Origin: Alphaproteobacteria bacterium
Lineage (GTDB): Bacteria; Pseudomonadota; Alphaproteobacteria; RF32; CAG-239
Assembly: GCA_017480745.1 (NCBI GenBank)
Contig: JAFUSA010000017.1
Coordinates: forward strand, 16,174-80,173
Direction of reading: 5' to 3'
DNA length: 64,000 nucleotides
The translations under genes and the position numbers were made by a program. Shown one piece after another: positions 45,922-55,349 of the stretch. Every line of letters starts with the position of its first letter. The first letter of the stretch is position 1. Under the pieces are notes generated by a model. The model saw only the letters and a list, made by a program, of their open reading frames with translations. It made no database searches and was not told the DNA's origin.

Positions 45922-48621
45922 TTACATTCCGCCACGTTCGGTTCCCACGCGTACAGCAACACTGCGAACTTCTTTTTCTGTTTTAGCAACGGCGGAATCC
46001 CCGTCATCTTTTGCCAAACGAGATGCGTTATAATCCGGCACAACTTGTGGCTGTCCACCTGTTGGAGTATTCGGCTGATTATTTCCGGCATTGCCTCCGT
46101 TAGTGTTCGGCTGGTTGTTATTTGGTTGTTGAACCGGTTGATTATTGCGATTCGGTTGCGGATGTGTACGCATATAATCCGGCAGATAATTATTAACAAA
46201 GTCACCGATTTCCAACGGAACATTAAATGACTTTATCATATCTATTTCATCCAGCCCCAAAGACTTCAAGTCTTCGTTAATACCGTCACACATATTGCGT
46301 GCATTATTATATATATCTTTAACAATAATCTGATCGGCTCGCTTGGCGCCTATATTAGGGTTAAAACGAACATCTATCAATTCACGATATACATCATCCT
46401 TGGCTATTTGCTGTTGGCGCGGATATAAAATATCAAACACTTGCTCCAATTGTTGAGTGCTCATCTTATCTACCGAACCGCCTAAACCGGCATTTTGCAA
46501 AGCTTGTTTTTCAGCCATACTTAACTTATCCGAAGACAATAACGGACGACCTGCAACATCATGAAAATAGTTGGATTTCGGTGCCACATCATTATACGCA
46601 TCAAACAAAACACGCAAAGTGCGAAACGCGGCAATTTTATCCACTGCGCCGGTATCCGGATTAGAAGTGCGCAATATTGTTTTGATTTTAGGTTTTAAAG
46701 TTTCGGCATAGCCATTAGTAAAGGAACGATAGTGATAAGAGTTTATCAAACCATCTATATACGACTGCTCGGAATCATCCAAACGCTTATGCTTCTGACG
46801 ATTATTCTTTTGCGCCTGAGTGCCCAAACGAAACTTAAATAATGCATATTTTTCATCCGAAAGTTTCGGTGGTTTGCCGGCTTCAAGCATACCAGTCATT
46901 TTAGAACGATCCAAACCAATACCAACCGGAATCATTCCTTTTTCAGCCAGAGCTTTGCGCCACAAACCTTTTTCAGCATCAGGCATACCCATAGGGAAGT
47001 TAACATGCGTTATTCCCAAACTTTCAAGTTGCCCGATAATTCCGTTAATATACGCTTCATCAAGCTTTTTGTTGTTAGGTGTGCGATACCCTATTTGAAT
47101 GGTTCCGTTTTTTTCACGAACAAACAATTTGAAAGAATAAAGATACGGCGATATTTTGCCCTTATCATCAACTTTGCCCTCTTTACGGCGCTGTTCATCT
47201 GTAACTTCACCATCATAAACAGTATAAACCGTCCATCCGGTGCCAAACCAACCAGAATGCTTTTTGAACAATGTTTTACCTAAAACCTTATTCAAACCTT
47301 TTGAAGTTCCAATCCATTCATCAAATTTTTCCTCTGCATCAGCACGCCTTACACGGCGGCGGCGATGTGGCGCCGGTGCATTCTGCCCTTGTGGCGCCGG
47401 CGGAGTATTTGGAGTTTGGTTATTACCATTACCGGCAGGCTGTTGCGCAGGCTGATTATTATTGTTATTGTTGCGACGATGAAACCATGAAAAAATAGAA
47501 TTTTGTGCAACATCTTTATCATCTATATCAATAACAGCCGTTTCTTCCTCACTAAATCCAACCACACCGATTTCTCCGGCAGTAGGTAAATCCGGTGTAA
47601 TATCGTTTTTATCAGGTTTTGACGAACTGCTGTTCTCGGCATTTTTTTTATCGTTTGGATTTTGTGCATCGGCTTTTTCTTCTGTATTTAACTCAGTTTT
47701 TTCGGAAACCGTATTTTCAGTTTGTTGTTCATCATGTGTTTTGCCGCCGTTGGCAATAATTTCCTGATACTCTTTATCTAATTCTTTTTGATGCTCTTCC
47801 CTTATTTGTGTTTCGCCTAAATCTTTTTGCTCTCCTTGAGCTTTCTGCTCGGCTTTTAATTCTTCAATAAGTGCTGATATTCGTTCTTTGGCTGCAATTA
47901 TTTCCTCATCTGTTTCACTCTCACCGGCACGAACTTCCATTTTATCCGTTTCAAATCCGCTTTTTTCGCAAAAATCCAAAACTTCGCCAAGTTGCTCCTT
48001 ATCCAAATCTGCTGCCACTTGTTCGGAAAAAGTTATTTGCATTTTAAGCTTTTGCTCTTCTTCATTTGGAACATCATATTCCATAATTCCAAGACTAAAC
48101 TTAAACGGCTGCTCCTCCCCATTTTCTGCCGGAACTTCAACTTGCAATGCCAACTGTTTCAAACGTCCTTCCGGATCGGCATTCATCTTAAAATATTGTT
48201 CTTGCGTTAAAATATCTCCGTTGTCAATAATATCTTCTTCCACAAAGGAAACATTTTCCGCATATCCTTTTTTGATATGCTCTTCACGAATGCGATATAA
48301 CTGCGAAAATGTAGGGCCGTATTCTTGCAAATAAGAATATTCCTGTTTCAGCACATTGAACTCTTTACTCAGTTTATGGTTTTCAGAATCCACCTTTTCT
48401 CTGTTTTGTCGTATTTCTTCCGGCGCAAAAATTTTGTTTTCACTCGTTGCGTTAGCATCATTATATTCTGCCAAAGACAACTCATCAGATGCCTCCATAT
48501 TTTCTCGCAAAAGCTCATTTAGTGAAACCAACTGCTGTGCAAACTTGCGTTTTAAGGACTGTTCGCTGTATTCTTCCGGAAGTTCGGAAATTAAGGTGTT
48601 TTCAATATAAGTTCTTGCCAT
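45922..48621 (-). CDS. Large hypothetical protein with acidic coiled-coil N-half and N/Q/P-rich linkers
   Basis: 899 aa, no signal peptide or TM. NNNNNNQPAQQPAGNGNNQTPNTPPAPQGQNAPAP and a C-terminal NQPVQQPNNNQPNTNGGNAGNNQPNTPTGGQPQ. Confidence 0.5.
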   Translation of the reverse strand: MARTYIENTLISELPEEYSEQSLKRKFAQQLVSLNELLRENMEASDELSLAEYNDANATSENKIFAPEEIRQNREKVDSENHKLSKEFNVLKQEYSYLQEYGPTFSQLYRIREEHIKKGYAENVSFVEEDIIDNGDILTQEQYFKMNADPEGRLKQLALQVEVPAENGEEQPFKFSLGIMEYDVPNEEEQKLKMQITFSEQVAADLDKEQLGEVLDFCEKSGFETDKMEVRAGESETDEEIIAAKERISALIEELKAEQKAQGEQKDLGETQIREEHQKELDKEYQEIIANGGKTHDEQQTENTVSEKTELNTEEKADAQNPNDKKNAENSSSSKPDKNDITPDLPTAGEIGVVGFSEEETAVIDIDDKDVAQNSIFSWFHRRNNNNNNQPAQQPAGNGNNQTPNTPPAPQGQNAPAPHRRRRVRRADAEEKFDEWIGTSKGLNKVLGKTLFKKHSGWFGTGWTVYTVYDGEVTDEQRRKEGKVDDKGKISPYLYSFKLFVREKNGTIQIGYRTPNNKKLDEAYINGIIGQLESLGITHVNFPMGMPDAEKGLWRKALAEKGMIPVGIGLDRSKMTGMLEAGKPPKLSDEKYALFKFRLGTQAQKNNRQKHKRLDDSEQSYIDGLINSYHYRSFTNGYAETLKPKIKTILRTSNPDTGAVDKIAAFRTLRVLFDAYNDVAPKSNYFHDVAGRPLLSSDKLSMAEKQALQNAGLGGSVDKMSTQQLEQVFDILYPRQQQIAKDDVYRELIDVRFNPNIGAKRADQIIVKDIYNNARNMCDGINEDLKSLGLDEIDMIKSFNVPLEIGDFVNNYLPDYMRTHPQPNRNNQPVQQPNNNQPNTNGGNAGNNQPNTPTGGQPQVVPDYNASRLAKDDGDSAVAKTEKEVRSVAVRVGTERGGM

Positions 48622-48831
48622 TTTTGCCCCCTATCATTCGATATCGGCGCTATAATAACACATTTTTTTGCCGTTTGCAAGGTTTTTATGACAAAAATTT
48701 GTATAAAATTTATACTTTTTTTTGTTTTAAAAAAATTCTTATTAAATCGGCTGATAAGCTAAAAGTTACGATTTACATTTACAAAAAAGTATATTAAAAT
48801 GAATTTGATTTGTAATCAGTTGAGGTTTAAA

Positions 48832-49251
48832 ATGGAAAATCAATACTATACTTTAATGGAAAAACAAGACTTTTTTGAGGTTATTGAAAATAAATATGGC
48901 GAATTGGCAATTTTTATTGATTCGCGTGATGGTTCGCCGGTTGAACCTGTGTTGAAATTTGACGGCAAAAAAACCGCTCTGTTACGCCGAGATACCCGTC
49001 GCTCCATTATTCTTGACAATATTGACGCAGAAACTCGCAATGTTTTAGCCGAATCCGAAGTAGTGATGATTGTAGAACTTCATGCCGAAATGGTGGAAAG
49101 AATCTATGCCGTACCGGTTGAAAATGTGGAGGAAATTATTTTAGACGGTCGCCGCGTACGAGCTGATGAGATATTCCGAGCCAAAAGCAAAGATGAATTG
49201 CTTAAATCTTTCGGCGCTGTTAAAACTTGGATAGGCGGTATGGTAAAATGA
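48832..49251 (+). CDS. Hypothetical protein upstream of PTS genes
   Basis: 139 aa from ATG 48832 (SD GAGG). ATGA overlap with the EIIA gene. No Walker motif, so not HprK. Confidence 0.45.
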   Translation: MENQYYTLMEKQDFFEVIENKYGELAIFIDSRDGSPVEPVLKFDGKKTALLRRDTRRSIILDNIDAETRNVLAESEVVMIVELHAEMVERIYAVPVENVEEIILDGRRVRADEIFRAKSKDELLKSFGAVKTWIGGMVK

Positions 49252-49655
49252 TAGGAATAGTATTGGTTACACACGGCAATTTGGCGTGTGAATTTGTGGC
49301 AGCAATGGAGCATGTGGTTGGTAAACAGGAAAAAGTTGAGTGTGTCTGCATAGGACCTGATGATGATATGGAAGCTCGCCGCAGTGAAATTATGCAAAAA
49401 GTTAAATCCGTAGATGACGGAAGCGGCGCTGTTTTGCTTACAGATATGTTTGGTGGCACACCTTCTAATTTAGCAATGTCGGTTATTGGTCATGGTAATT
49501 ATGATGTTGTTGCCGGAATTAACCTGCCGATGTTAATAAAGTTAGCTTCGGTTCGTAAGGATATGCCTTTGATAAAATGCGTTGAATGTGCGCAGGAAGC
49601 CGGAAAAAAACATATAAACGTAGCATCGCAATTGTTGGGCGGAGCCTCAAAATGA
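49248..49655 (+). CDS. PTS EIIA component, mannose-type
   Basis: MIGIVLVTHGNLACEF...LLTDMFGGTPSN. Confidence 0.8.
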   Translation: MIGIVLVTHGNLACEFVAAMEHVVGKQEKVECVCIGPDDDMEARRSEIMQKVKSVDDGSGAVLLTDMFGGTPSNLAMSVIGHGNYDVVAGINLPMLIKLASVRKDMPLIKCVECAQEAGKKHINVASQLLGGASK

Positions 49656-49927
49656 ACAAGATTGAAACCGAATTACTGATTTGTAACCAAAAAGGTTTAC
49701 ATGCTCGGGCGGCAGCGGCTTTTGTTAAGTGTATTGCCGATACTGATGCAGAGGTTGTGGTCGAAAAAGACGGTCAGGAGGTTGACGGCTCTTCTATTCT
49801 CAGCTTAATGATGTTAGCAGCTTCAAAAGGAACAAAAATAAAGGTTACAGCCAGCGGAAACGAAGCACAAAAAGCCATTGATGATTTAACGTTATTGATT
49901 AATTCTCGTTTTGGCGAAGATATGTGA
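49652..49927 (+). CDS. ptsH: HPr-family phosphocarrier protein
   Basis: 91 aa. ...NQKGLHARAAAAFVK (active-site His). ATGA overlap with EIIA. Confidence 0.85.
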   Translation: MNKIETELLICNQKGLHARAAAAFVKCIADTDAEVVVEKDGQEVDGSSILSLMMLAASKGTKIKVTASGNEAQKAIDDLTLLINSRFGEDM

Positions 49928-50096
49928 AAAATTTTTTGTTATATATCAATATGATAAGCTGTTTTATGTTCATTTTTTATAAATCAGTATATTGCAAGAA
50001 TTTATGATTGTCGGCGTCTGTATATCCATGCTTACATTGTTATAAAAACTAAAAGCAAATGGAAGCGATAAGACTTCCATTTACTTTGTTTTTGAT

Positions 50097-50579
50097 TTAT
50101 ATTTTAAAATAAAATTCTATTCCATCTGGTGCATCATATTTAGTGAAATCAATGCAATATTTTACCGCATCGTCTATGTTTATAGGAAATTTGGTAAAAC
50201 CATGTGCGTCATTGTTTTCATCGTATAAATAAATTGTTTCTATATTTGCAACAGACCAATCTTGAGTTATTAATTCAATACAATAATCTTCCGTAATTTC
50301 ATTCAACTGTATAAAATATCTTCTGTCATAATCATATATAATATCAATATGTTGTGCGCTTATAGGAACATATAGCTGACCTTCATTCCACATATCATCA
50401 GGAGCCAATTTTGCTTTTTTTAAAATAGTATATAACAATGTGTCATTACTAACCATCGTCTTCTGATGACCGAAAAAAGCATGCATATTTTGTGTTAATA
50501 AAGTAATCTGCTCAAATGTTCTATTTAATTGTTGGTTAATATAGTTATGATTGCAATTTTTTGAGTAGGCTATTGACAA
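50097..50579 (-). pseudogene. N-terminally truncated pilin-like paralogue (lacks leader and hydrophobic helix)
   Basis: Aligns to the paralogues from ...YSK-----NRTFEQITLLTQNMHAFFG onward, and shows EDYCIELITQDWS and PINIDDAVKYC. Only a TTG start is available. No upstream structured leader. Confidence 0.55.
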
Positions 50580-50653
50580 GTAAAAAAATTTCGTCTACAT
50601 CATGGGCAATTAATTATAATTAAGGTATATTTTTAAATTTAAATCTTTTAGTT

Positions 50654-50875
50654 ATGTCTGGTAGTCTTAACAACGTAGCTTACCGCTTGTGGCTCTACAA
50701 AGCCGGTTTAGAAAATCTTTTGCAACAGTTTAATGCTGATTTTGCCAACAAGCTGTGGAGTGATGTGTGTAGTTATTCCGAGTGCTATATGGTTGAAACC
50801 AAAGCCACTAAGGAAGAAAAGAAAGAGCTCCTACATTTGATTGATGAATTGACATTACTCACAACCAAAGCATAA
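50654..50875 (+). CDS. Hypothetical 73-aa protein
   Basis: ORF followed by a hairpin terminator (AATCCC...GGGATT + T-run). No recognisable motif. Confidence 0.3.
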   Translation: MSGSLNNVAYRLWLYKAGLENLLQQFNADFANKLWSDVCSYSECYMVETKATKEEKKELLHLIDELTLLTTKA

Positions 50876-50943
50876 GGTTGTTGATAACAAAAAAATCCCC
50901 GCTGAACTTATACGTTTCGCAGGGATTTTTTTATGCAGTATAC

Positions 50944-53217
50944 TTACTGTTTTTGCCCTAACAATTCGGCTAAATCAATTTCTTCATATTCTTGTTTGGG
51001 CCGATCAGTCGAGGAGTTCTCATTATTTTCGGGCGTATCACGCAATATTTCCAAGTCAGCCATTTCCGCGGCAAACTGTTCGTTAAAAATACTGTCTAAA
51101 TTTACTTGAGCATTTTCTGAACTATCACTCGTATTTGTATTTAGCATTGAAGTTGATTCGGAATAGTCATTTAAGTTTATTTTCGGTAGGTTATCACCGT
51201 TTTCCGGAGCTTCATTTGAATAATGATTTTCGCCGAAAGGAGTATCAGCTGCATATTGATTGAGATCAATCGGTGCTTCTGTCGGTACTAAATCATTATC
51301 TGCTGTTCCGAAAGGATCATCAGATTGATATTGTGCCGGATTTACAGGTGCTGGCATATCCGGTAAATCAGCCGCTTTGGAATATATACTCTGAGAGCCG
51401 AATGGTTGTTCGGAAGCATAAGCAGACATATCTATTGCCGGCTCCAAATAAGGCATATGATCTGCCAAAGGATTATCAGCCTTAACACCGAAAGGGTTAT
51501 CTGTTGTATATGCCGGACGATCAGCAACAACTTCATCTGGTTCGTTGTTTATAGAGCTTATATCCTCGTTTATAGGAGTATATTCCGGAATATTATTTTC
51601 CGAATATGAACTTTGCGCCGGATCTGCCAAAATCGGTGTATATTCCGGCTCTTCTTCGTGATAAAGATTAACATCTGTTTCGGCAGATTGGGAATATTGT
51701 TCTTCGGATTCATCAATGTATGGAGTATCTATATAGTAGCCACCATTTTGAATTGGAGCTTCATATTCCGTATTTGGTTCAACTTCCGGTTCATTAATCT
51801 GTTCCGGCTCTGGTTCAAACTCAGACTCCGATTTAGGTTCAAGAGCAGGCGCAGGCTCCGGCTCCGGCTCAGGTTCCGATTCATAAACAAGCGCCACTTC
51901 CGGTTCATTAATCTGTTCCGGCTCTGGTTCAGACTCAGATTCCAATTTAGGTTCAAGCGCAGGCTCCGGCTCAGATTCCGATTCATAAACAAGCGCCACT
52001 TCCGGTTCGTTAATCTGCTCTATCTCAGGTTCCGGTTCTGGTTCCGGCGCATCAATAATCTCCGGTTCAGTAGTCTCTGCCACTACAAAATTATTTTGCT
52101 CTTTAGGATGTTTATGCTTTTTGTTTTTCTTACGACGCTTAGGATTTTCAATTTCCGAATTTTCTGTTTCTTCTGCCTGATTTATGTTTAAATCATCATC
52201 AGTAAAATCTTCTTCATTTTCAATATCTGCATTTTCTTCAGCAACATGTTCATCATAAATATCTTCGTTTATGTCATGTTCTTCGATAATACTCTGTTCT
52301 TCAATAACCGTATGTTCTTGTTCAGGATCGGAAACATTTATTTCGTCATTTTCTCCACTGTCTTCTCCTAAAATAAGACTCAATACTTTGTTCGTTTTTT
52401 CTACGGAAGTCTTCACTTGTTCGGCAAGTTTGGCATAGTCATCTTTAAGCGTAATAAATTCTTTGTGTAAATTAAGCATAGAGCCGAATGTGCGCTTATT
52501 CAAATTTTGAACATCACTCCGCAAAATATTCAATTTTTGTTCAAAAATATCGCTATTGGAATCATCTTTTTCTTTTGTCAGCACTTTTTGGCTGATTTCT
52601 TTTTGTTCGTTTAGCAATGTGGTCAAACCAGACATTAACGCAGACAAAGCATCCACATTGGCCAAAGACTTATTGAGTTGTTCATTCTTATTCAACGCAG
52701 CCGATTGTAGCTCATCAAAGCGATTATTGAGATTTTCCAGCCCTAAGTTAAGAGTCTTACCGGTATTATCACTAAATTCTCCTAATTGTGAGGTTATAGC
52801 GTTCAAAAGTTGTTCGCCGTCCGGAGAATTATTTTGCAGAGAAGCTTTAAGACTCTCTATGTTTTCATGTATATCGTTATTATCACGGAGACTGACAGTT
52901 TTTTCAATATGCAAAAGCCGGTCCTTTATTTCGGCAAGTAGAGTGCTGTTGTCTGTATTATTATTTTGCGACTTTTGAAAAGTTGGTATTACATTAGTAT
53001 TTTTGGCATCCATACCGATAAAGCCGAGAGCTAATACAACCGATGAAACCACAAACAAAAACATCGAAATATTTGCAGCCGAGGCAAAGCTCTGCGGGTC
53101 TTGTTGCTTCATATAACTAAAATACAAAAAAGCGCACAACAGGCAAGCAACCAAAAAAATACTCAGGAATTTAACCAATGATATAACGAACTTCACAGTG
53201 AATCTCCTTTTTTGCAT
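50944..53217 (-). CDS. Membrane-anchored coiled-coil protein with hyper-acidic repeat region
   Basis: 757 aa. Two N-terminal TM helices, a coiled coil, E/P/D-rich repeats, and four x-PFG motifs in the C-terminal third. Confidence 0.5.
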   Translation of the reverse strand: MQKRRFTVKFVISLVKFLSIFLVACLLCAFLYFSYMKQQDPQSFASAANISMFLFVVSSVVLALGFIGMDAKNTNVIPTFQKSQNNNTDNSTLLAEIKDRLLHIEKTVSLRDNNDIHENIESLKASLQNNSPDGEQLLNAITSQLGEFSDNTGKTLNLGLENLNNRFDELQSAALNKNEQLNKSLANVDALSALMSGLTTLLNEQKEISQKVLTKEKDDSNSDIFEQKLNILRSDVQNLNKRTFGSMLNLHKEFITLKDDYAKLAEQVKTSVEKTNKVLSLILGEDSGENDEINVSDPEQEHTVIEEQSIIEEHDINEDIYDEHVAEENADIENEEDFTDDDLNINQAEETENSEIENPKRRKKNKKHKHPKEQNNFVVAETTEPEIIDAPEPEPEPEIEQINEPEVALVYESESEPEPALEPKLESESEPEPEQINEPEVALVYESEPEPEPEPAPALEPKSESEFEPEPEQINEPEVEPNTEYEAPIQNGGYYIDTPYIDESEEQYSQSAETDVNLYHEEEPEYTPILADPAQSSYSENNIPEYTPINEDISSINNEPDEVVADRPAYTTDNPFGVKADNPLADHMPYLEPAIDMSAYASEQPFGSQSIYSKAADLPDMPAPVNPAQYQSDDPFGTADNDLVPTEAPIDLNQYAADTPFGENHYSNEAPENGDNLPKINLNDYSESTSMLNTNTSDSSENAQVNLDSIFNEQFAAEMADLEILRDTPENNENSSTDRPKQEYEEIDLAELLGQKQ
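51782..52020. repeat. Coding tandem repeat, 114 + 102 + 23 nt
   Basis: ACTTCCGGTTCATTAATCTGTTCCGGCTCTGGTTCA... recurs at 51782, 51896 and 51998. It encodes (minus strand) EQINEPEVALVYESE-EPEPE units. Confidence 0.85.
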
Positions 53218-53436
53218 AAGAATATATATATCATAAAACCGATTTACTAAAAAAGCAATAAAAAATGAAGAAAATATAACATTTAAAGATACATTTTCTA
53301 TAAGACAGTTGACATTTAAGTATGTTTATCGTAAAAGTGTGTGAGTTTATAACTGAATAAGAATATAAAATTCTGAACAAAATATTTAGGTTAATAACTT
53401 CACCTTTATACTTGAACTTTTATCAAAGGACAGTGC

Positions 53437-53739
53437 ATGAAAAAAATTTTAATTTGTATAGGACTTACTTTAATGTTATCTGCTTGCGGTAGTGATCATA
53501 TTATCCGTTTTAATCTTGCCCAACAGCAACCAAATATGGTAACAGAGCCTTCATACCAAGGTAGAAGCCATTTTTTCTTATGGGGAATGTGGCAAAAGAA
53601 AAACTATAATTTGATAAATGCTTGCCAAGCAACAGGTATTAATGCCATAGAATCTCATTGGACATTTTATGATTCCTTGATGGGCGGTTTGACAATGGGA
53701 ATTTATGCGCCGGAAAGCTATTCAATATATTGTAATTAA
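53437..53739 (+). CDS. Bor/Iss-family lipoprotein
   Basis: 100 aa. Lipobox LMLSACG, ...HFFLWGMWQKK...C...GGLTMGIYAPESYSIYC matches the lambda Bor pattern. Confidence 0.75.
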   Translation: MKKILICIGLTLMLSACGSDHIIRFNLAQQQPNMVTEPSYQGRSHFFLWGMWQKKNYNLINACQATGINAIESHWTFYDSLMGGLTMGIYAPESYSIYCN

Positions 53740-53789
53740 TTCCGAAATCATCGTTCAGGGCATATGCAACATAGTTTGAAGTTGGAAAG

Positions 53790-54620
53790 CTACTTCATCA
53801 TTGTTTGATATAATATTCGCACACGTTGGAAGAAATTTAAATGCGGCTTAGGGGAGATGATTTCCCATCCGCGTTTTTTCATAATATCAAATTGACATTG
53901 GCTGATATTTTTTATTAGGCGGAAAGATAAAGTTTCATTACGATTCATCTTATTCAATAACCTCTCGCTTTTGTTATAACAACTTTCAGCCAAAAGTGCA
54001 AATTTTTCCCGTGCCGAAGCAATATTCTTATCTCCTAACATATTAAGCGGAGTATTTTTGGCAATTTGCGTTTCTTGCAATATTTCTTGCGGAATATAAA
54101 AACGGTTGTGTTTGGCGTCATCTTTCAAATCACGCAACATGTAGGTAATTCCAACTGCTTGCCCCAAATTTTTTGCCATTTCCATATTTGCCTTTGGGTG
54201 ATCATTATCTATAATCATCAAAGCCAACGCAAACGGAACAATAATAGAACCGTTTATATATTGCTCAAACACATCAATCTTAGGGGCTTGTAACGGATTT
54301 TCGGCATTTAAAAAAGCACTATTCAATATTTCACTCCACAGCTCTTTGGGCAAGTTGAAACGCATGCAATTTTTGTATATTTTGCGCCCGATATTTGTTT
54401 GCGGAACACTCTTATCATAAATATTATCAAGTTCTTCCCGCCAAGCTTTCAATAGCTCAGTTTTTTCGTTGACAGGTATATCGGAATAAAGCACATCGCC
54501 GATATGACGACTGAACGCAAAAAGTGTAAAAACTGCCTCGCGTTTATATTTTGGCAGACTGCGCATACACCAAAACAACAAAGGTTGATCTTTTTTTATG
54601 ATATTGCCGATAGAAAGCAT
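53790..54620 (-). CDS. Squalene/phytoene-synthase-family protein
   Basis: 276 aa. FAFSRHIGDVLYSD (divergent first Asp motif), YMLRDLKDDAKHNRFYIPQE (second motif). Confidence 0.55.
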   Translation of the reverse strand: MLSIGNIIKKDQPLLFWCMRSLPKYKREAVFTLFAFSRHIGDVLYSDIPVNEKTELLKAWREELDNIYDKSVPQTNIGRKIYKNCMRFNLPKELWSEILNSAFLNAENPLQAPKIDVFEQYINGSIIVPFALALMIIDNDHPKANMEMAKNLGQAVGITYMLRDLKDDAKHNRFYIPQEILQETQIAKNTPLNMLGDKNIASAREKFALLAESCYNKSERLLNKMNRNETLSFRLIKNISQCQFDIMKKRGWEIISPKPHLNFFQRVRILYQTMMK

Positions 54621-55349
54621 TCAAATTTCCTTTTTGCTGACTGTGCGATGACGTATTGTTACAAATTGGAAAACACTATAAACTAAAATCTTTAACCAGT
54701 CAAGTAAACCTATTGTTAGTTGTTTATTGTTTTGTTCGTTGTCTATTTGTATCCGCAAGCGGTTAAACAATAGTGCCAAACGAAATTTAAGACTTTTAGA
54801 ATTAACAATTTGCAGCAATACAACCGAATTTTTCAATAATCCGCGCAAATATTGGCTTTTACGTTTGTTTCCCCACTTTACGGCGTAAGGTATGAAAGTT
54901 TTGTCTGTAAATATTTTACGAAAATACAACAAAGAAATTAGAGATGTCATTGCCAAATAAGAACTTGGTGTTTCGTTATTCAAAACCATAATCAAACGTG
55001 CCGACGGAGAAGAAAGATATCCAACAACATCTGCGGCCTGTTTTTCTGTTTTAATGATTTTATCATTTGCCAAATATCGCCATGCAATCAGAGGATCAAG
55101 CAGTAGATATAACGACAAATTTTCCGCCACAAACATTTTTTGCAAGCGCGCTATAATGTTATTTTTTAGCGGAAAATCTTTACGAATTGCTCTTTCTAAT
55201 AAACTTATTTGTTCAAACCGAATTTGTTTATCTATTTTTTTGTTGGTAAAATGTTTATGTAAAAGATTAATATATTGCATATATATATTAAATAACTCGA
55301 TGTTTTTTGCAGGTATGAGCTGTTGAAGTTCTTTTTCAAGCATCGGCAC
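54621..55349 (-). CDS. Divergent squalene/phytoene-synthase-like protein (tentative)
   Basis: 242 aa, all-helical, abuts the previous gene. The similarity is only pattern-level. Confidence 0.3.
   Translation of the reverse strand: MPMLEKELQQLIPAKNIELFNIYMQYINLLHKHFTNKKIDKQIRFEQISLLERAIRKDFPLKNNIIARLQKMFVAENLSLYLLLDPLIAWRYLANDKIIKTEKQAADVVGYLSSPSARLIMVLNNETPSSYLAMTSLISLLYFRKIFTDKTFIPYAVKWGNKRKSQYLRGLLKNSVVLLQIVNSKSLKFRLALLFNRLRIQIDNEQNNKQLTIGLLDWLKILVYSVFQFVTIRHRTVSKKEI

Noticed and set aside
51782-52020. Possible CRISPR-like periodic repeats.
   Set aside because: The repeats are contiguous with no spacers, have a 102-114 nt period, and lie inside a long ORF. No CRISPR array or cas genes occur anywhere in the window.
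51613-52191. 192-aa plus-strand ORF rich in R/F/L, and an 87-aa minus-strand alternative frame (51729-51992).
   Set aside because: Both lie inside the acidic tandem-repeat region of the 757-aa gene. They are repeat-driven open frames with implausible composition.
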